From a virus, in IMG/VR virus record IMGVR_UViG_3300042970_000016: a DNA stretch of 22,967 nt; one strand, 5' to 3'. The notes beneath the pieces are model-generated. The model was not told the DNA's origin. It saw only the letters and a list, made by a program, of their open reading frames with translations, and did no database searches. Both the position numbers and the translations under genes were made by a program. Positions 1 through 8,990 of the stretch are shown piece after piece. How positions within the stretch are numbered: the first letter of the stretch is position 1; the number at the start of each line of letters is the position of its first letter.

Positions 1-175
1 TTGAAAAAAGGCTTGAAATAGCGTAATTTCAAGGGATTCTGGCAATTCGTTCGTGGTGACGACCGGGTTAGGATGGAGGCCGGAATCCCTTTTTTCACGT
101 CTGGAGAGCGCCGGCGAGACCATAAGACTGATGTTTTTGGCGCGAGTGTATGAAAATGATGTATGTCTGAGGTCA

Positions 176-208
176 AGAAAAGAGCAGCCGGTCTTGCCCG
201 ACTGCTCT
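176..208 (-). terminator. Intrinsic terminator after the sigma-70-like gene
   Basis: Minus strand AGAGCAGTCGG-gcaaga-CCGGCTGCTCT-TTTCT: 11-bp stem with one G-U and a T-rich tail, 25 bp after the stop at 233. Confidence 0.75.
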
Positions 209-232
209 AAGTGGTAATTGGTGTCTATGGGA

Positions 233-700
233 TTATTCCCAGCCTTTCATTTCTTTGCGAAGACGCTTGATGATGACCTTGCGGCGATAGGAAACTGTCG
301 TCTGCGGACGATCCAGTTCATCCGCAATCTGGCGATCGGACTCGCCATCAGCGAAACGCTCAATGATGGCGCGGTCGTCCGGAGCAAGCTGATCCAGAGC
401 CTTGTGCAGAGCTTCAATCGTCATCTTAAGTTCAATCATATCTTCGAGATTGCTTCCGCCCGGAACATCAAGCCCATCCTCAAACATCATGTCCAAGGAG
501 AGCGGAGCGCCTTCCTTCGAATAAGGGCAGGTATCGCATTTTTTGTCACAGCGTTTCTTGCCGAGATTACACTTCTGCGAGCGCTCGATTCTCTTGTGCT
601 CACGCCAGAGCGGCTGCTTGTAAGCTCTGTAGACCTCCTCGGAAACTTCTACTTCCTTACCGTCAACAACTACAAAAAACTTCTTTGCTTCTTTTGCCAT
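233..700 (-). CDS. Sigma-70 region 4 (ECF-like) protein of the ICE/prophage type with a Cys-rich insert
   Basis: C-terminal region-4 HTH (LDQLAPDDRAIIERFADGESDRQIADELDRPQTTVSYRRKVIIKRLR); N-terminal VEVSEEVYRAY typical of mobile-element sigma-like proteins; C-x6-C-x3-C-x2-C cluster; GGAGG RBS at 709-713. Confidence 0.8.
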   Translation of the reverse strand: MAKEAKKFFVVVDGKEVEVSEEVYRAYKQPLWREHKRIERSQKCNLGKKRCDKKCDTCPYSKEGAPLSLDMMFEDGLDVPGGSNLEDMIELKMTIEALHKALDQLAPDDRAIIERFADGESDRQIADELDRPQTTVSYRRKVIIKRLRKEMKGWE

Positions 701-904
701 GGTCTTTACCTCCGATTGGCTTTTCCGAATCGGGGAAAGACTGATGGCATGCCAGTGTTTTGATCATTCGGCCACTTCTCCTCTTCGGATTGGTGGCCGG
801 TCCACTATGCAAAACCGGCTATTAACTTGTTGCCCGTCCTGCGGCTGCATAGCAGAGCTGTTTGCAACCAGCTCCAGACACGCAGGTCAGGGTGATGAAG
901 GGCA
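696..904 (-). promoter_or_regulatory. Structured 5' leader of the sigma-like gene, including an RBS/start-sequestering hairpin
   Basis: Inverted repeats 696-717/728-748, 769-775/793-799, 796-801/814-819, and nested 831-835/900-904, 838-843/881-886, 855-860/869-874. Confidence 0.55.
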
Positions 905-1216
905 GTTTTATGTCTTGCCTGGGACGAGTTTTCTTAGCAGGAAAATGAAAATGCTCTCTGTTTTCGCATATGATTTACTGCGATTGTGAATATTGATTTC
1001 ATAAGTTCGTAGATTTGCATGACAATGAACGGTATAATGATATGTAGAATAGTTCATGTCGAGCCTGCCCTTTTGGTGCTTATGAAACGCTTTCACATCT
1101 GCAGTACGTAAATGAATTTTCATTTCCTTACTAAAAACCAGACTATTGTTAAGCGAGTTAATGGCAACATCGCTTAGCTGTTAATTCAGTTAATTTTTGA
1201 AAAACAGAGACAAGCT

Positions 1217-2338
1217 ATGAAAAAAGATGAGATTCCATATCTGTGTGGCGGTACGTTCCTTTGCCAGGTGTTAAGAGCCCGGAATAAGCTGAAAACGTCC
1301 ACAGAGCACACAAAATGCCAAAAAGAAAACCTCTCTGAACAGGAAACGTTCAGGAGGCTTATTTCAATATTTCAATTGTCGGATTTCTACGGAGGGACGA
1401 GTCTTAAGCCTTACACGAGTCAGTTTAAGAGCTGCAGCAGCTCTCTGCTTCCATATACCCAGTTCATGGATAGTGATCTGCGGCTGGATTTTGATAGGGC
1501 TGTAACCACGGGAGATCCTAAAATCATTCAAATGATGTCTGTCTTTGTCACGGAGTTTATTGACGTCAAAGAGAAAGGCGTCCAGATGGTGCGCAGTTTG
1601 CTCGGCACAATAAAGGACGATGGCGACATATTAGATGGAGATGCATTCTATGTAGAGCCAGGAAAAGCCGTAAGCAAAAAAGAACTCGTAGAGATGGAGA
1701 ACTTTACGGCCGAGTATTTCCTTCTTGGAGTCTGGCATTACATCATCATGAAACGCGCAGATAAGAATGAGAGAGGCGGTACGACCTATCAGTCCTGGTA
1801 TCCAAGCAAAGGCAGATATTGTGGAACCGTCGGCAATGATATCAAACAGAATATTACGGTGGATTTCATCCCGGCCGTATCGGCAACCACGACGGATAAT
1901 GGAAATGTTTTGCTGATGCCATCGAAGACACCGGCATTAACGGCAGTCGAATATTCTGAGGAAGACAAGAGTCTTCTGCAGGAGTTTACGGCAGACTATG
2001 ACGAGCTTGTTTTGAAATGCATCAGTGCCCATTTTGCGGAATACGTCATAAGCGAGCCAATCAGTAAGGAGATTGCGGACTTATACAGTAAGTGGAACAC
2101 GAAAGCGAATGAATTTCAGAGTCTGTCGTTGAAGCCAAGCATCTGGGCAATGATTAGCCACCTGAATGAACTCGGCGAAATATTGAGTATTGGAGGGACG
2201 GCTAACGCTGGACCAGGCCTTCGCCAGATACAAATGAAGTTGCGGAATTTATATGTCAAACTGCATCCGGAAAAGTATGCAGATTCGTTTCTGTACGATG
2301 CCATATATGACGACTGGAATATGGGAGAAGATTGTTAA
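1217..2338 (+). CDS. Hypothetical protein (373 aa), divergent from the sigma-like gene
   Basis: Long ORF, 27 bp upstream of the helicase; N-terminal PYLCGGTF motif recalled from ORFs in this position of similar elements; no catalytic motif recognised. Confidence 0.8.
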   Translation: MKKDEIPYLCGGTFLCQVLRARNKLKTSTEHTKCQKENLSEQETFRRLISIFQLSDFYGGTSLKPYTSQFKSCSSSLLPYTQFMDSDLRLDFDRAVTTGDPKIIQMMSVFVTEFIDVKEKGVQMVRSLLGTIKDDGDILDGDAFYVEPGKAVSKKELVEMENFTAEYFLLGVWHYIIMKRADKNERGGTTYQSWYPSKGRYCGTVGNDIKQNITVDFIPAVSATTTDNGNVLLMPSKTPALTAVEYSEEDKSLLQEFTADYDELVLKCISAHFAEYVISEPISKEIADLYSKWNTKANEFQSLSLKPSIWAMISHLNELGEILSIGGTANAGPGLRQIQMKLRNLYVKLHPEKYADSFLYDAIYDDWNMGEDC

Positions 2339-2365
2339 TGATGATGTAGCAAGAGGAAATACGTA

Positions 2366-5134
2366 ATGGTATCAATTACTGAAAGAATAAAAAACACAGA
2401 TAAAATCATCTGCCGCTATCTGGACCAGGTTGATGCTGCTTCTCGTGGGGTGATTTCACAGGATATCCTGTCGCATCTTACAGATCTCGTCGAGCATATA
2501 ATGCTGCGTTTATACGCCACGGACGATTACATAGATGACACCGAGGAAAATATAAGCCACGCAATTCAGCATGCTCAGACAGACCAGAATTTAAAGCAGC
2601 TGTATAGATTTCATTATTTCCTGCAAACCATAACAGCACACTACGCTCTTGATGAAGATAATTCCGAGCGTTTGATGCTGAAGTATTATCGGTACCTGAT
2701 AGAGATCAAAAACATCTCCAGGCAGTATCTTGGCATTCGGATTCTTCACAACCTTAACAAGTTTCCGCTGAATCTGGATCGATCCCTGCAGGAGTATTAC
2801 GGCAAAATCGCGGAGAAAGTCGACCGCTATTATCTGCATCCGACCTGTGCCAATGACAGGTATTACATCCAAAAGATCAAGCCATTCTTTGTGGACGAGC
2901 AGATTTATTACGAAGTGACCTTTACGCCGGCTAATGATTGGCATAACAAGACGAATCGTCTGATTGCCTTTACCAAGCTTCAAGTCATGAGCAACTATGC
3001 ATGCAAATTTCACCTGGTGAGTGAGAACATTGAGATTCTTGGAACAACGATGCCCATATCGATCATCGATTCCTGGGAGATATCTATTCGTAATTGCGAA
3101 TTCAAAAATTTCATGTTCCTTATTACGGGCACATATGTGAATGCACATATCAGTGAACAGAGAGCAATTTGTGGCTTCCTGACCAAGACCGGGTACACAC
3201 TGAATGAAGTGATCAATTTCCCGGACAATATCTACGATCAAGTTACAGCAGGGTGGAAAGCTGCATCAAAAACTTCTGTATTCACCGACGTGCTCAGCTA
3301 TTGCAGGCGCCTTATTAGAGGAGGCGCTTCCGGTCAGAATGTCCTTCGGTATCTTCTTTTCAGCATGGAAAACGTTCTTATAAAAGATCAGAGAGACACA
3401 GAGAAGAACTCGAATCTATCCAATTTATTCTTGAAATACGGATGCCTGCCTTTTGAGAACATGCCTTATTTCAATTCCCTGATAGGGCACCCCTTAAAGC
3501 TGGGTTCCGTGTTTAGCTGCATACCGGCTCAAAATCATAAACCGGAAATGCTGGCACGAAAAGTGAAAATTAATACAGAGGTGAAGGGCCGCTTATTTAC
3601 ACCGGTTTCTGAAGTGGAGGGAAGTTTCCAGGATATACCGAAGCTGGTAAGAGATTTCAGGGATGCCCTTTACTATAAGCATCGCGACAGAAGCAAGATG
3701 GTTATCGAAGATGGCCAGATCTACATCAATGGATACAAGGAAGACACCTGCACAATTATCCGGAAACTTTGTGAGCTTTCTCAGGAGGGCATTCCGAACT
3801 ATTCTGATGATGTTGAATTCTGGCTGATATTTGGCGGTTATCCGATTGACTGTGACGAGAAAATAAACATCTTAAAGCAGATGTTTGCCGAATCAAAGGT
3901 GGCCATTATTTATGGCTCTGCAGGTGTAGGCAAATCTACGATGATCAATCATGTGGCACATTATTTTGAGGATAAGCAGAAGCTGTTCCTTGCCCATACG
4001 AATCCTGCAACGGATAATCTGCGAAGACGTGTCGATGCGGATAATAGCTCATTCTCTACTATTGCCAAGTTCACAAAATCATACAACATGCCTACGGAAT
4101 ATGATCTCCTTGTAATTGATGAATGCAGCACGGTAAGTAATGAAGAGATGGTCGCTGTGTTGAATAAAGCGACATTCAAATACCTTCTGCTTGTCGGAGA
4201 CACCTATCAAATAGACGCGATCCAATTTGGCAACTGGTTCTCGGCAGTACAGCATTTCATTAAACCAAGCTCGGTTTTTGAATTGACAAAGCCCTACAGG
4301 ACGGATAATCAGGATCTGCTTGAGCTCTGGTCTAATGTCCGAAAGATGGAAGATGATACCCAGGGACTGATTAATAAGCGCAGTCTATCGCTCAACGTGG
4401 ATAAAACGTTGCTGACTACGATCAATCAGAACGAGGCCATTCTGTGCCTGAATTATGATGGCTTATATGGCATCAACAACATGAATCGGTTCCTGCAGCA
4501 GAACAATCCGAACCCGCCCGTTTACTGGGGAATCCAGTGCTACAAGGTAAACGACCCTATCCTGTTTCTCGAGTCTAACCGTTTCAGTCCTTTGATTTAC
4601 AACAATATGAAGGGAAGGATTGTAGGCATCAACATTCTTGATCAGGGAAAACTTGAAGAGCGTATCGGCTTTGATATTGAGCTCGAAAATAAAATCGATG
4701 AGGACGAGGCAAAGTGGATGGATCTGCAGGTTTTGCCGAGTTCAACAGAAGAAAATACTGTGGTCAGGTTTGAAGTCAACAAAATAAAGAGCACCGATGA
4801 GGATGACGACTCAAACACATCACGCACGATTGTGCCATTCCAGCTTGCCTACGCTGTATCGATTCATAAGGCGCAAGGCCTGGAATACGATTCAGTGAAA
4901 ATTGTCATCACCGATGAAATAGATGAACTCATCACGCACAATATTTTCTATACGGCGATTACCAGGGCAAGGAAGGAACTGCGGATTTACTGGACGCCGG
5001 AAGTGGAAGCCAAGGTAATTACAAGAATCAAGCCACGTGACATGACCGAGGACGTAGAATTGCTGAAAAAGTATCTGCCGGATCTAACCACTGGCCAGGA
5101 ATGCAGCAAGCAGGAGGACGTTAACTATGTATAA
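2366..5134 (+). CDS. RecD-like superfamily 1B helicase with a ~490-aa N-terminal extension
   Basis: Walker A GSAGVGKS, Walker B LLVIDECS, motif III LVGDTYQI, motif V AYAVSIHKAQGLEYD, motif VI FYTAITRARK; GAGG RBS. Confidence 0.9.
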   Translation: MVSITERIKNTDKIICRYLDQVDAASRGVISQDILSHLTDLVEHIMLRLYATDDYIDDTEENISHAIQHAQTDQNLKQLYRFHYFLQTITAHYALDEDNSERLMLKYYRYLIEIKNISRQYLGIRILHNLNKFPLNLDRSLQEYYGKIAEKVDRYYLHPTCANDRYYIQKIKPFFVDEQIYYEVTFTPANDWHNKTNRLIAFTKLQVMSNYACKFHLVSENIEILGTTMPISIIDSWEISIRNCEFKNFMFLITGTYVNAHISEQRAICGFLTKTGYTLNEVINFPDNIYDQVTAGWKAASKTSVFTDVLSYCRRLIRGGASGQNVLRYLLFSMENVLIKDQRDTEKNSNLSNLFLKYGCLPFENMPYFNSLIGHPLKLGSVFSCIPAQNHKPEMLARKVKINTEVKGRLFTPVSEVEGSFQDIPKLVRDFRDALYYKHRDRSKMVIEDGQIYINGYKEDTCTIIRKLCELSQEGIPNYSDDVEFWLIFGGYPIDCDEKINILKQMFAESKVAIIYGSAGVGKSTMINHVAHYFEDKQKLFLAHTNPATDNLRRRVDADNSSFSTIAKFTKSYNMPTEYDLLVIDECSTVSNEEMVAVLNKATFKYLLLVGDTYQIDAIQFGNWFSAVQHFIKPSSVFELTKPYRTDNQDLLELWSNVRKMEDDTQGLINKRSLSLNVDKTLLTTINQNEAILCLNYDGLYGINNMNRFLQQNNPNPPVYWGIQCYKVNDPILFLESNRFSPLIYNNMKGRIVGINILDQGKLEERIGFDIELENKIDEDEAKWMDLQVLPSSTEENTVVRFEVNKIKSTDEDDDSNTSRTIVPFQLAYAVSIHKAQGLEYDSVKIVITDEIDELITHNIFYTAITRARKELRIYWTPEVEAKVITRIKPRDMTEDVELLKKYLPDLTTGQECSKQEDVNYV

Positions 5135-5390
5135 GATCAGCTATAAGAAGTTATGGAAATTGTTGATCGATAAGAATATGACCAAAATGGATCTGAAAGA
5201 CGCAGCCGGAGTAAGCGCAGCGTCTATCGCAAAGCTCGGCAAGGGTGGCAACATTACGACGGATGTTCTCCTTAAAATCTGTAATGCCTTGGATTGTAGA
5301 TTGGAAGATATCATGGAAACAGTCAAAACCTCAACTGTAAAACGAGATGCAACCCCTCTCGTTCTGGCCAGAGGCCATAGTAGTGATTAA
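5127..5390 (+). CDS. Cro/C1-type (XRE, HTH_26-like) regulator, C-terminus altered by the IS30 insertion
   Basis: ISYKKLWKLLIDK...GVSAASIAKLGKG...ICNALDCRLEDIME signature; GGAGG RBS; overlaps the helicase stop. The original end METVKTE* lies at 10519-10540. Confidence 0.9.
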   Translation: MYKISYKKLWKLLIDKNMTKMDLKDAAGVSAASIAKLGKGGNITTDVLLKICNALDCRLEDIMETVKTSTVKRDATPLVLARGHSSD

Positions 5391-5425
5391 GTGAATATCT
5401 GTCGGGAGGTTGCATCCCGGCTTGC

Positions 5426-5457
5426 AAAGAGATCAGCCAGGGCTGGTCTCTTTTTCT
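5426..5457 (+). terminator. Terminator-like hairpin inside the IS30 left end
   Basis: AAAGAGATCAGC-cagg-GCTGGTCTCTTT-TTCT, upstream of the transposase start. Confidence 0.65.
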
Positions 5458-5518
5458 TGCCATCTCTTTTCTCTGTGCGATATCCTCATCCAGTTGGCGG
5501 CCGGATAGGGAGGATATC

Positions 5519-6064
5519 ATGGCAAAGTTTTTTACCTATGAAGAACGCTTAATGCTGCAGAGACTCCTGAAGGAGGGAATGTCCTTCAAGAAGATCGCTG
5601 CCCAGATGTATAAGGATCCGGCCACAATCTCCAGAGAAGTCCGAAAATATGCCGTAGAGATCGCTACTGGAAAGCCCGGATATTCGTTTAATGCCTGTAA
5701 GAACCGGCTGTCCTGCAAGATCAAGTCTCCTTTGCTCTGCGGAAAAGACTGCACGAGAACCGGAGGCTACAACTACTGCCGCTTATGCCGCTGCAATGAG
5801 CATTGTCCGGACTTCGTTGAAGAGGTTTGCGCAGTCAGAGTCCATGTTCCTTATGTCTGCAATGCCTGTCCGACGATTGATAAGTGTACTCTGCTCAAGA
5901 CTTTCTACGACGCTGAGAAGGCTCATCTGAAATCTCATCAGGTAATCTCCGTGTCTCGGAGCGGCCTGTCGACCAGCGAGGAGGAAATCACCAGACTGAA
6001 CCGGATCATCACACCACTTGTGAAGCAGGGGCATTCGATTCATGAGATCTATATCACACATCAG
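5519..6064 (+). pseudogene. IS30-family transposase, N-terminal part (HTH plus Cys-rich region), interrupted
   Basis: FTYEERLMLQRLLKEGMSFKKIAAQMYKDPATISREVRK HTH; reading frame continues at 8186 once IS1634 and one ATCAG are removed (ITHQ|DELMCSEKTIYNYI). Confidence 0.92.
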
Positions 6065-6081
6065 TGTGATTTTCCTAAAAA

Positions 6082-6324
6082 TTAACTCTCGACGTCCTCA
6101 GAACTCTCTGATGAAGCGTCACCCTGTAGGAACTGCATGATCTCCTCAAAGCTTCTGCTGCTGTCCTCAACGGCCTTCATGAGTTCCTTCTTCTGAAGCT
6201 CGTCCCGTTTATTCATCATCTGCTCCAGCTTGTTGGCCTCAGCTTCATAGTGTTCCCTGGCCTTACTGACAACCTGCTTCTGTTCCTCAATCCGTTCATC
6301 AAGAGAACGCCTTGCCCTTGCCAT
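6082..6324 (-). CDS. Small coiled-coil passenger protein (80 aa; DUF4315/'ErpK'-like pattern)
   Basis: GGAGG RBS at 6332-6336; ATG overlaps the transposase TGA (TGATG); heptad-rich E/K/Q sequence; stop codon falls inside the terminal IR. Confidence 0.75.
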   Translation of the reverse strand: MARARRSLDERIEEQKQVVSKAREHYEAEANKLEQMMNKRDELQKKELMKAVEDSSRSFEEIMQFLQGDASSESSEDVES

Positions 6325-8033
6325 CACACTGCCTCCTTCATCTTTTCTGACAGTTTATCGCTGATCTCATTAGCCCACTTTTTGATGTTGACCTCATTGA
6401 TCCCAAATGCTTTCAGGATCTCTTTCTGCGTCGCGGTAACTGCATAGTTCAGCCGGTATCTGTGATCTGCCTGCTGGATAATCTCGATCTTCTCCAGTTC
6501 CCGGATCGCGGCAGGTACGGTCATGTAGTTTTCCTTCTTATCGTTCTTTTTCTCCTGCAGGGTCAGCTGATGATAAATGCGGTTTCTGACTATCAGCGCC
6601 ACGAACTCAACAAAGATCCGGGCATCCTCCGTTTCATTCATATGTGCCCGCATCGTCCTGTTGCCAAGGAAGGACTTGTCTGCCCGGAACAGCTTCTCCG
6701 AGACGTCACGGTTCTTGTAAAGCTCCAGGGCTTTTGAAGCGGTCATTTCAGACGAAGTGATGATAACAAAGTATCCACAGAAGCTGATCTCCCTGTTGAT
6801 GACATCCGTTTTCTCTCTGGCATACATGAACTTCTCGTCCTTCTGGCCTTCGTGCCAGTAGATCAGGTCGAAGTAGTGTTCCAGAGCCCGGTCAAAACGA
6901 ATGGCCTGATTCTGATGTTTCCCAAAGTATTTCGCCAGCCGGGCAATCTTCCCTGTCAGTTCGCTCTTCTCAGAGGCCTTCCTGCTGTCGCTGTAATAAA
7001 TATGGAAGTATCGGTCCTTCTCATCGGATGGGAACAGCTTCTGATGAACCGTCATGCCATAGACTTTATAACCCCGGATGCTCTTTGAATAGTCATCCTC
7101 AAAACTGCCTTTGTTGGCGATCACGATCTCATGGACCAGTGACTTCATCCCTTTCATCATGATGATGAAATCGAAGCTATTCTTGTCCATGTAGCGGATG
7201 TTTTCTCTGCTGAAGTATCCCCGATCGAGAATAAATCCAACCTCATGATAGCCATAGCCTTTGGCCTTCTCCAGCATGATCTGCAGCTGGGATACATCCG
7301 TGATGCTGCCTGGATACTCTTCATAAAAGAGAGGTACCGTATTGGTGTTGTTATAAGCAACGGAATAGTTGAACACTGGCTTTCCGTTGTCCTGTTTCGG
7401 ATGGCCGAATTCTACGCATTCCAGGTCACCTGCCTGACAATTCTTGTTCGTGGAATCATAAGAAATATAGATCTTCTCACGATGATCCTGTTTCTCATTC
7501 CATGTGTTCTGGAAGACGATGATCTGGTCAGGTGTGATTCCCTTCAGGAAATCACAGACTTTGGAATCGCTGTAAACATGCATTCCTTCGGTAAAGAGCG
7601 GGTGATTGAATGCGTACTCAGGATAATACTGGGCGACATTCCCTTCCGTCACAAGTGTATAGGCGGCAAGATCCAGGAACAGACCGCTGTCCCTGCCAAT
7701 CAGTGCGTCGATTGTCTGATCAAGTTTGTATTCCTGCAGGATCTTACGGACAACAACAAATGTTCCGATCCTGAGACATCCGCTTCTCTCTGGCGGCTTA
7801 ACCTCTTCAGGAACAGAATCCGGAAAAAATCGAATGAAGTTTGCATTCGGATACATTTGTGTGTCATCACCGGGATCAACCTTCCCTATAGATGTATCCT
7901 TTCCCTGGCTGTACTTCTTCTCCGATATGTAAGTACGTCCGTACGTATAGTAAACGTAGGTTGTCCCCTTGATCGTTTTCCTCGTGATTCCAGTCTGAAG
8001 ATCAGGTATTTTCACTGTATATTTCTGATACAT
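6324..8033 (-). CDS. IS1634-family DDE transposase (569 aa)
   Basis: ISYDSTN, FGHPKQD, YPGSITDV, ILDRGYFS, YKNRDVSEKLFR (YREK-like) motifs; N-terminal KTIKGTTYVY; GGAGG RBS. Confidence 0.88.
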   Translation of the reverse strand: MYQKYTVKIPDLQTGITRKTIKGTTYVYYTYGRTYISEKKYSQGKDTSIGKVDPGDDTQMYPNANFIRFFPDSVPEEVKPPERSGCLRIGTFVVVRKILQEYKLDQTIDALIGRDSGLFLDLAAYTLVTEGNVAQYYPEYAFNHPLFTEGMHVYSDSKVCDFLKGITPDQIIVFQNTWNEKQDHREKIYISYDSTNKNCQAGDLECVEFGHPKQDNGKPVFNYSVAYNNTNTVPLFYEEYPGSITDVSQLQIMLEKAKGYGYHEVGFILDRGYFSRENIRYMDKNSFDFIIMMKGMKSLVHEIVIANKGSFEDDYSKSIRGYKVYGMTVHQKLFPSDEKDRYFHIYYSDSRKASEKSELTGKIARLAKYFGKHQNQAIRFDRALEHYFDLIYWHEGQKDEKFMYAREKTDVINREISFCGYFVIITSSEMTASKALELYKNRDVSEKLFRADKSFLGNRTMRAHMNETEDARIFVEFVALIVRNRIYHQLTLQEKKNDKKENYMTVPAAIRELEKIEIIQQADHRYRLNYAVTATQKEILKAFGINEVNIKKWANEISDKLSEKMKEAV

Positions 8034-8044
8034 TTCGGCCTCCG

Positions 8045-8097
8045 ATAGAGAGTTAATTAACTCTCTATAATTCTATCACACTGAGGTCAAAATACAA
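8045..8097 (-). promoter_or_regulatory. IS1634 transposase promoter with a 24-bp perfect palindromic operator
   Basis: TTGTAT-16-TAGAAT with extended TG on the minus strand (8070-8097); ATAGAGAGTTAATTAACTCTCTAT at 8045-8068 lies between the -10 and the RBS. Confidence 0.6.
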
Positions 8098-8185
8098 TGG
8101 AAAAGCCCGTATTTTCAACAAAAATCAGCTACCTGCCACCTCCTCGGAACGGTCGAGAGTTAATTATCAGGAAATCAACAATCAG

Positions 8186-8950
8186 GACGAGCTGATGTGC
8201 AGTGAGAAAACAATCTACAACTATATCGATGACTGTCTTCTTGAAGTGCGGAACATCGATCTTCCCAGGAAGGTTCGATTCAGAGCCCGCCGTAAGAAAC
8301 CGGAATTCAAGGTCGATAAGGGCTGTCGTCTTGGCCGTTCCTACAAGGAATTCGAGTTATTTATGGAAAAGAACCCTGATACGGCTGTCGTCCAGATGGA
8401 TTCCGTGATCGGAACCGCCGGAGGAAAATGCCTGCTCACGATTCATTTCGTGGAGTCGTCCTTAATGCTGGCTTTCCTTCGTGATGCCAATACATCCAGG
8501 TCCGTGATCGAAATTTTTGAAGACCTTGATGGACGTCTCGGCGGAAAGTTGTTTAACCGACTGTTCCCGGTGATCTTAACGGACAATGGAAGTGAATTCT
8601 CCAATCCAAAGAAAATCGAATACCGGGACTACGTTGTACCCGGCTATGGATTACGCCGAACCAGCATCTACTACTGTGATGCCGGCTGTCCTTACCAGAA
8701 AGGGGCAATCGAGGTCAACCACGAATTGATCCGTCGGGTTCTCCCCAAGGGGAGCAGTTTTGACAACCTGACACAGGACGATGTGACCCGAATGATGAAC
8801 CACATCAATTCCTATAAACGAAAAAAGCTGAACGATCGCAGTCCATACGAAACGTTCAGCTTTCACTATGGAGAAGAGGTATTAGAGCTTCTGGGGTGTA
8901 CTCCGGTAGCAACTGAAGACATCCTTCTGAAGCCTTCTCTTCTCAAGTAA
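8186..8950 (+). pseudogene. IS30-family transposase, C-terminal integrase-core (DDE) part
   Basis: SEKTIYNYI, QMDSVIG, LTDNGSEF, YQKGAIEVNHELIRRVLPKG, INSYKRKKLNDRSP; rejoined protein is 436 aa with no internal stop. Confidence 0.92.
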
Positions 8951-8990
8951 TACACCACGACAGAGCCGCCAACACCACAAGCCCATACTA

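Larger units (their letters stand above)
6065..8180 (-). mobile_element. IS1634-family insertion sequence (2116 bp) with a passenger gene
   Basis: 29-bp terminal IRs TGTGATTTTCCTAAAAATTAACTCTCGAC / TGTTGATTTCCTGATAATTAACTCTCGAC (24/29 identical); 5-bp target duplication ATCAG at 6060-6064 and 8181-8185. Confidence 0.9.

Noticed and set aside
699-1123. ORFs 699-989 (+) and 908-1123 (-)
   Set aside because: Lie in the structured divergent intergenic region with no convincing RBS or motif.
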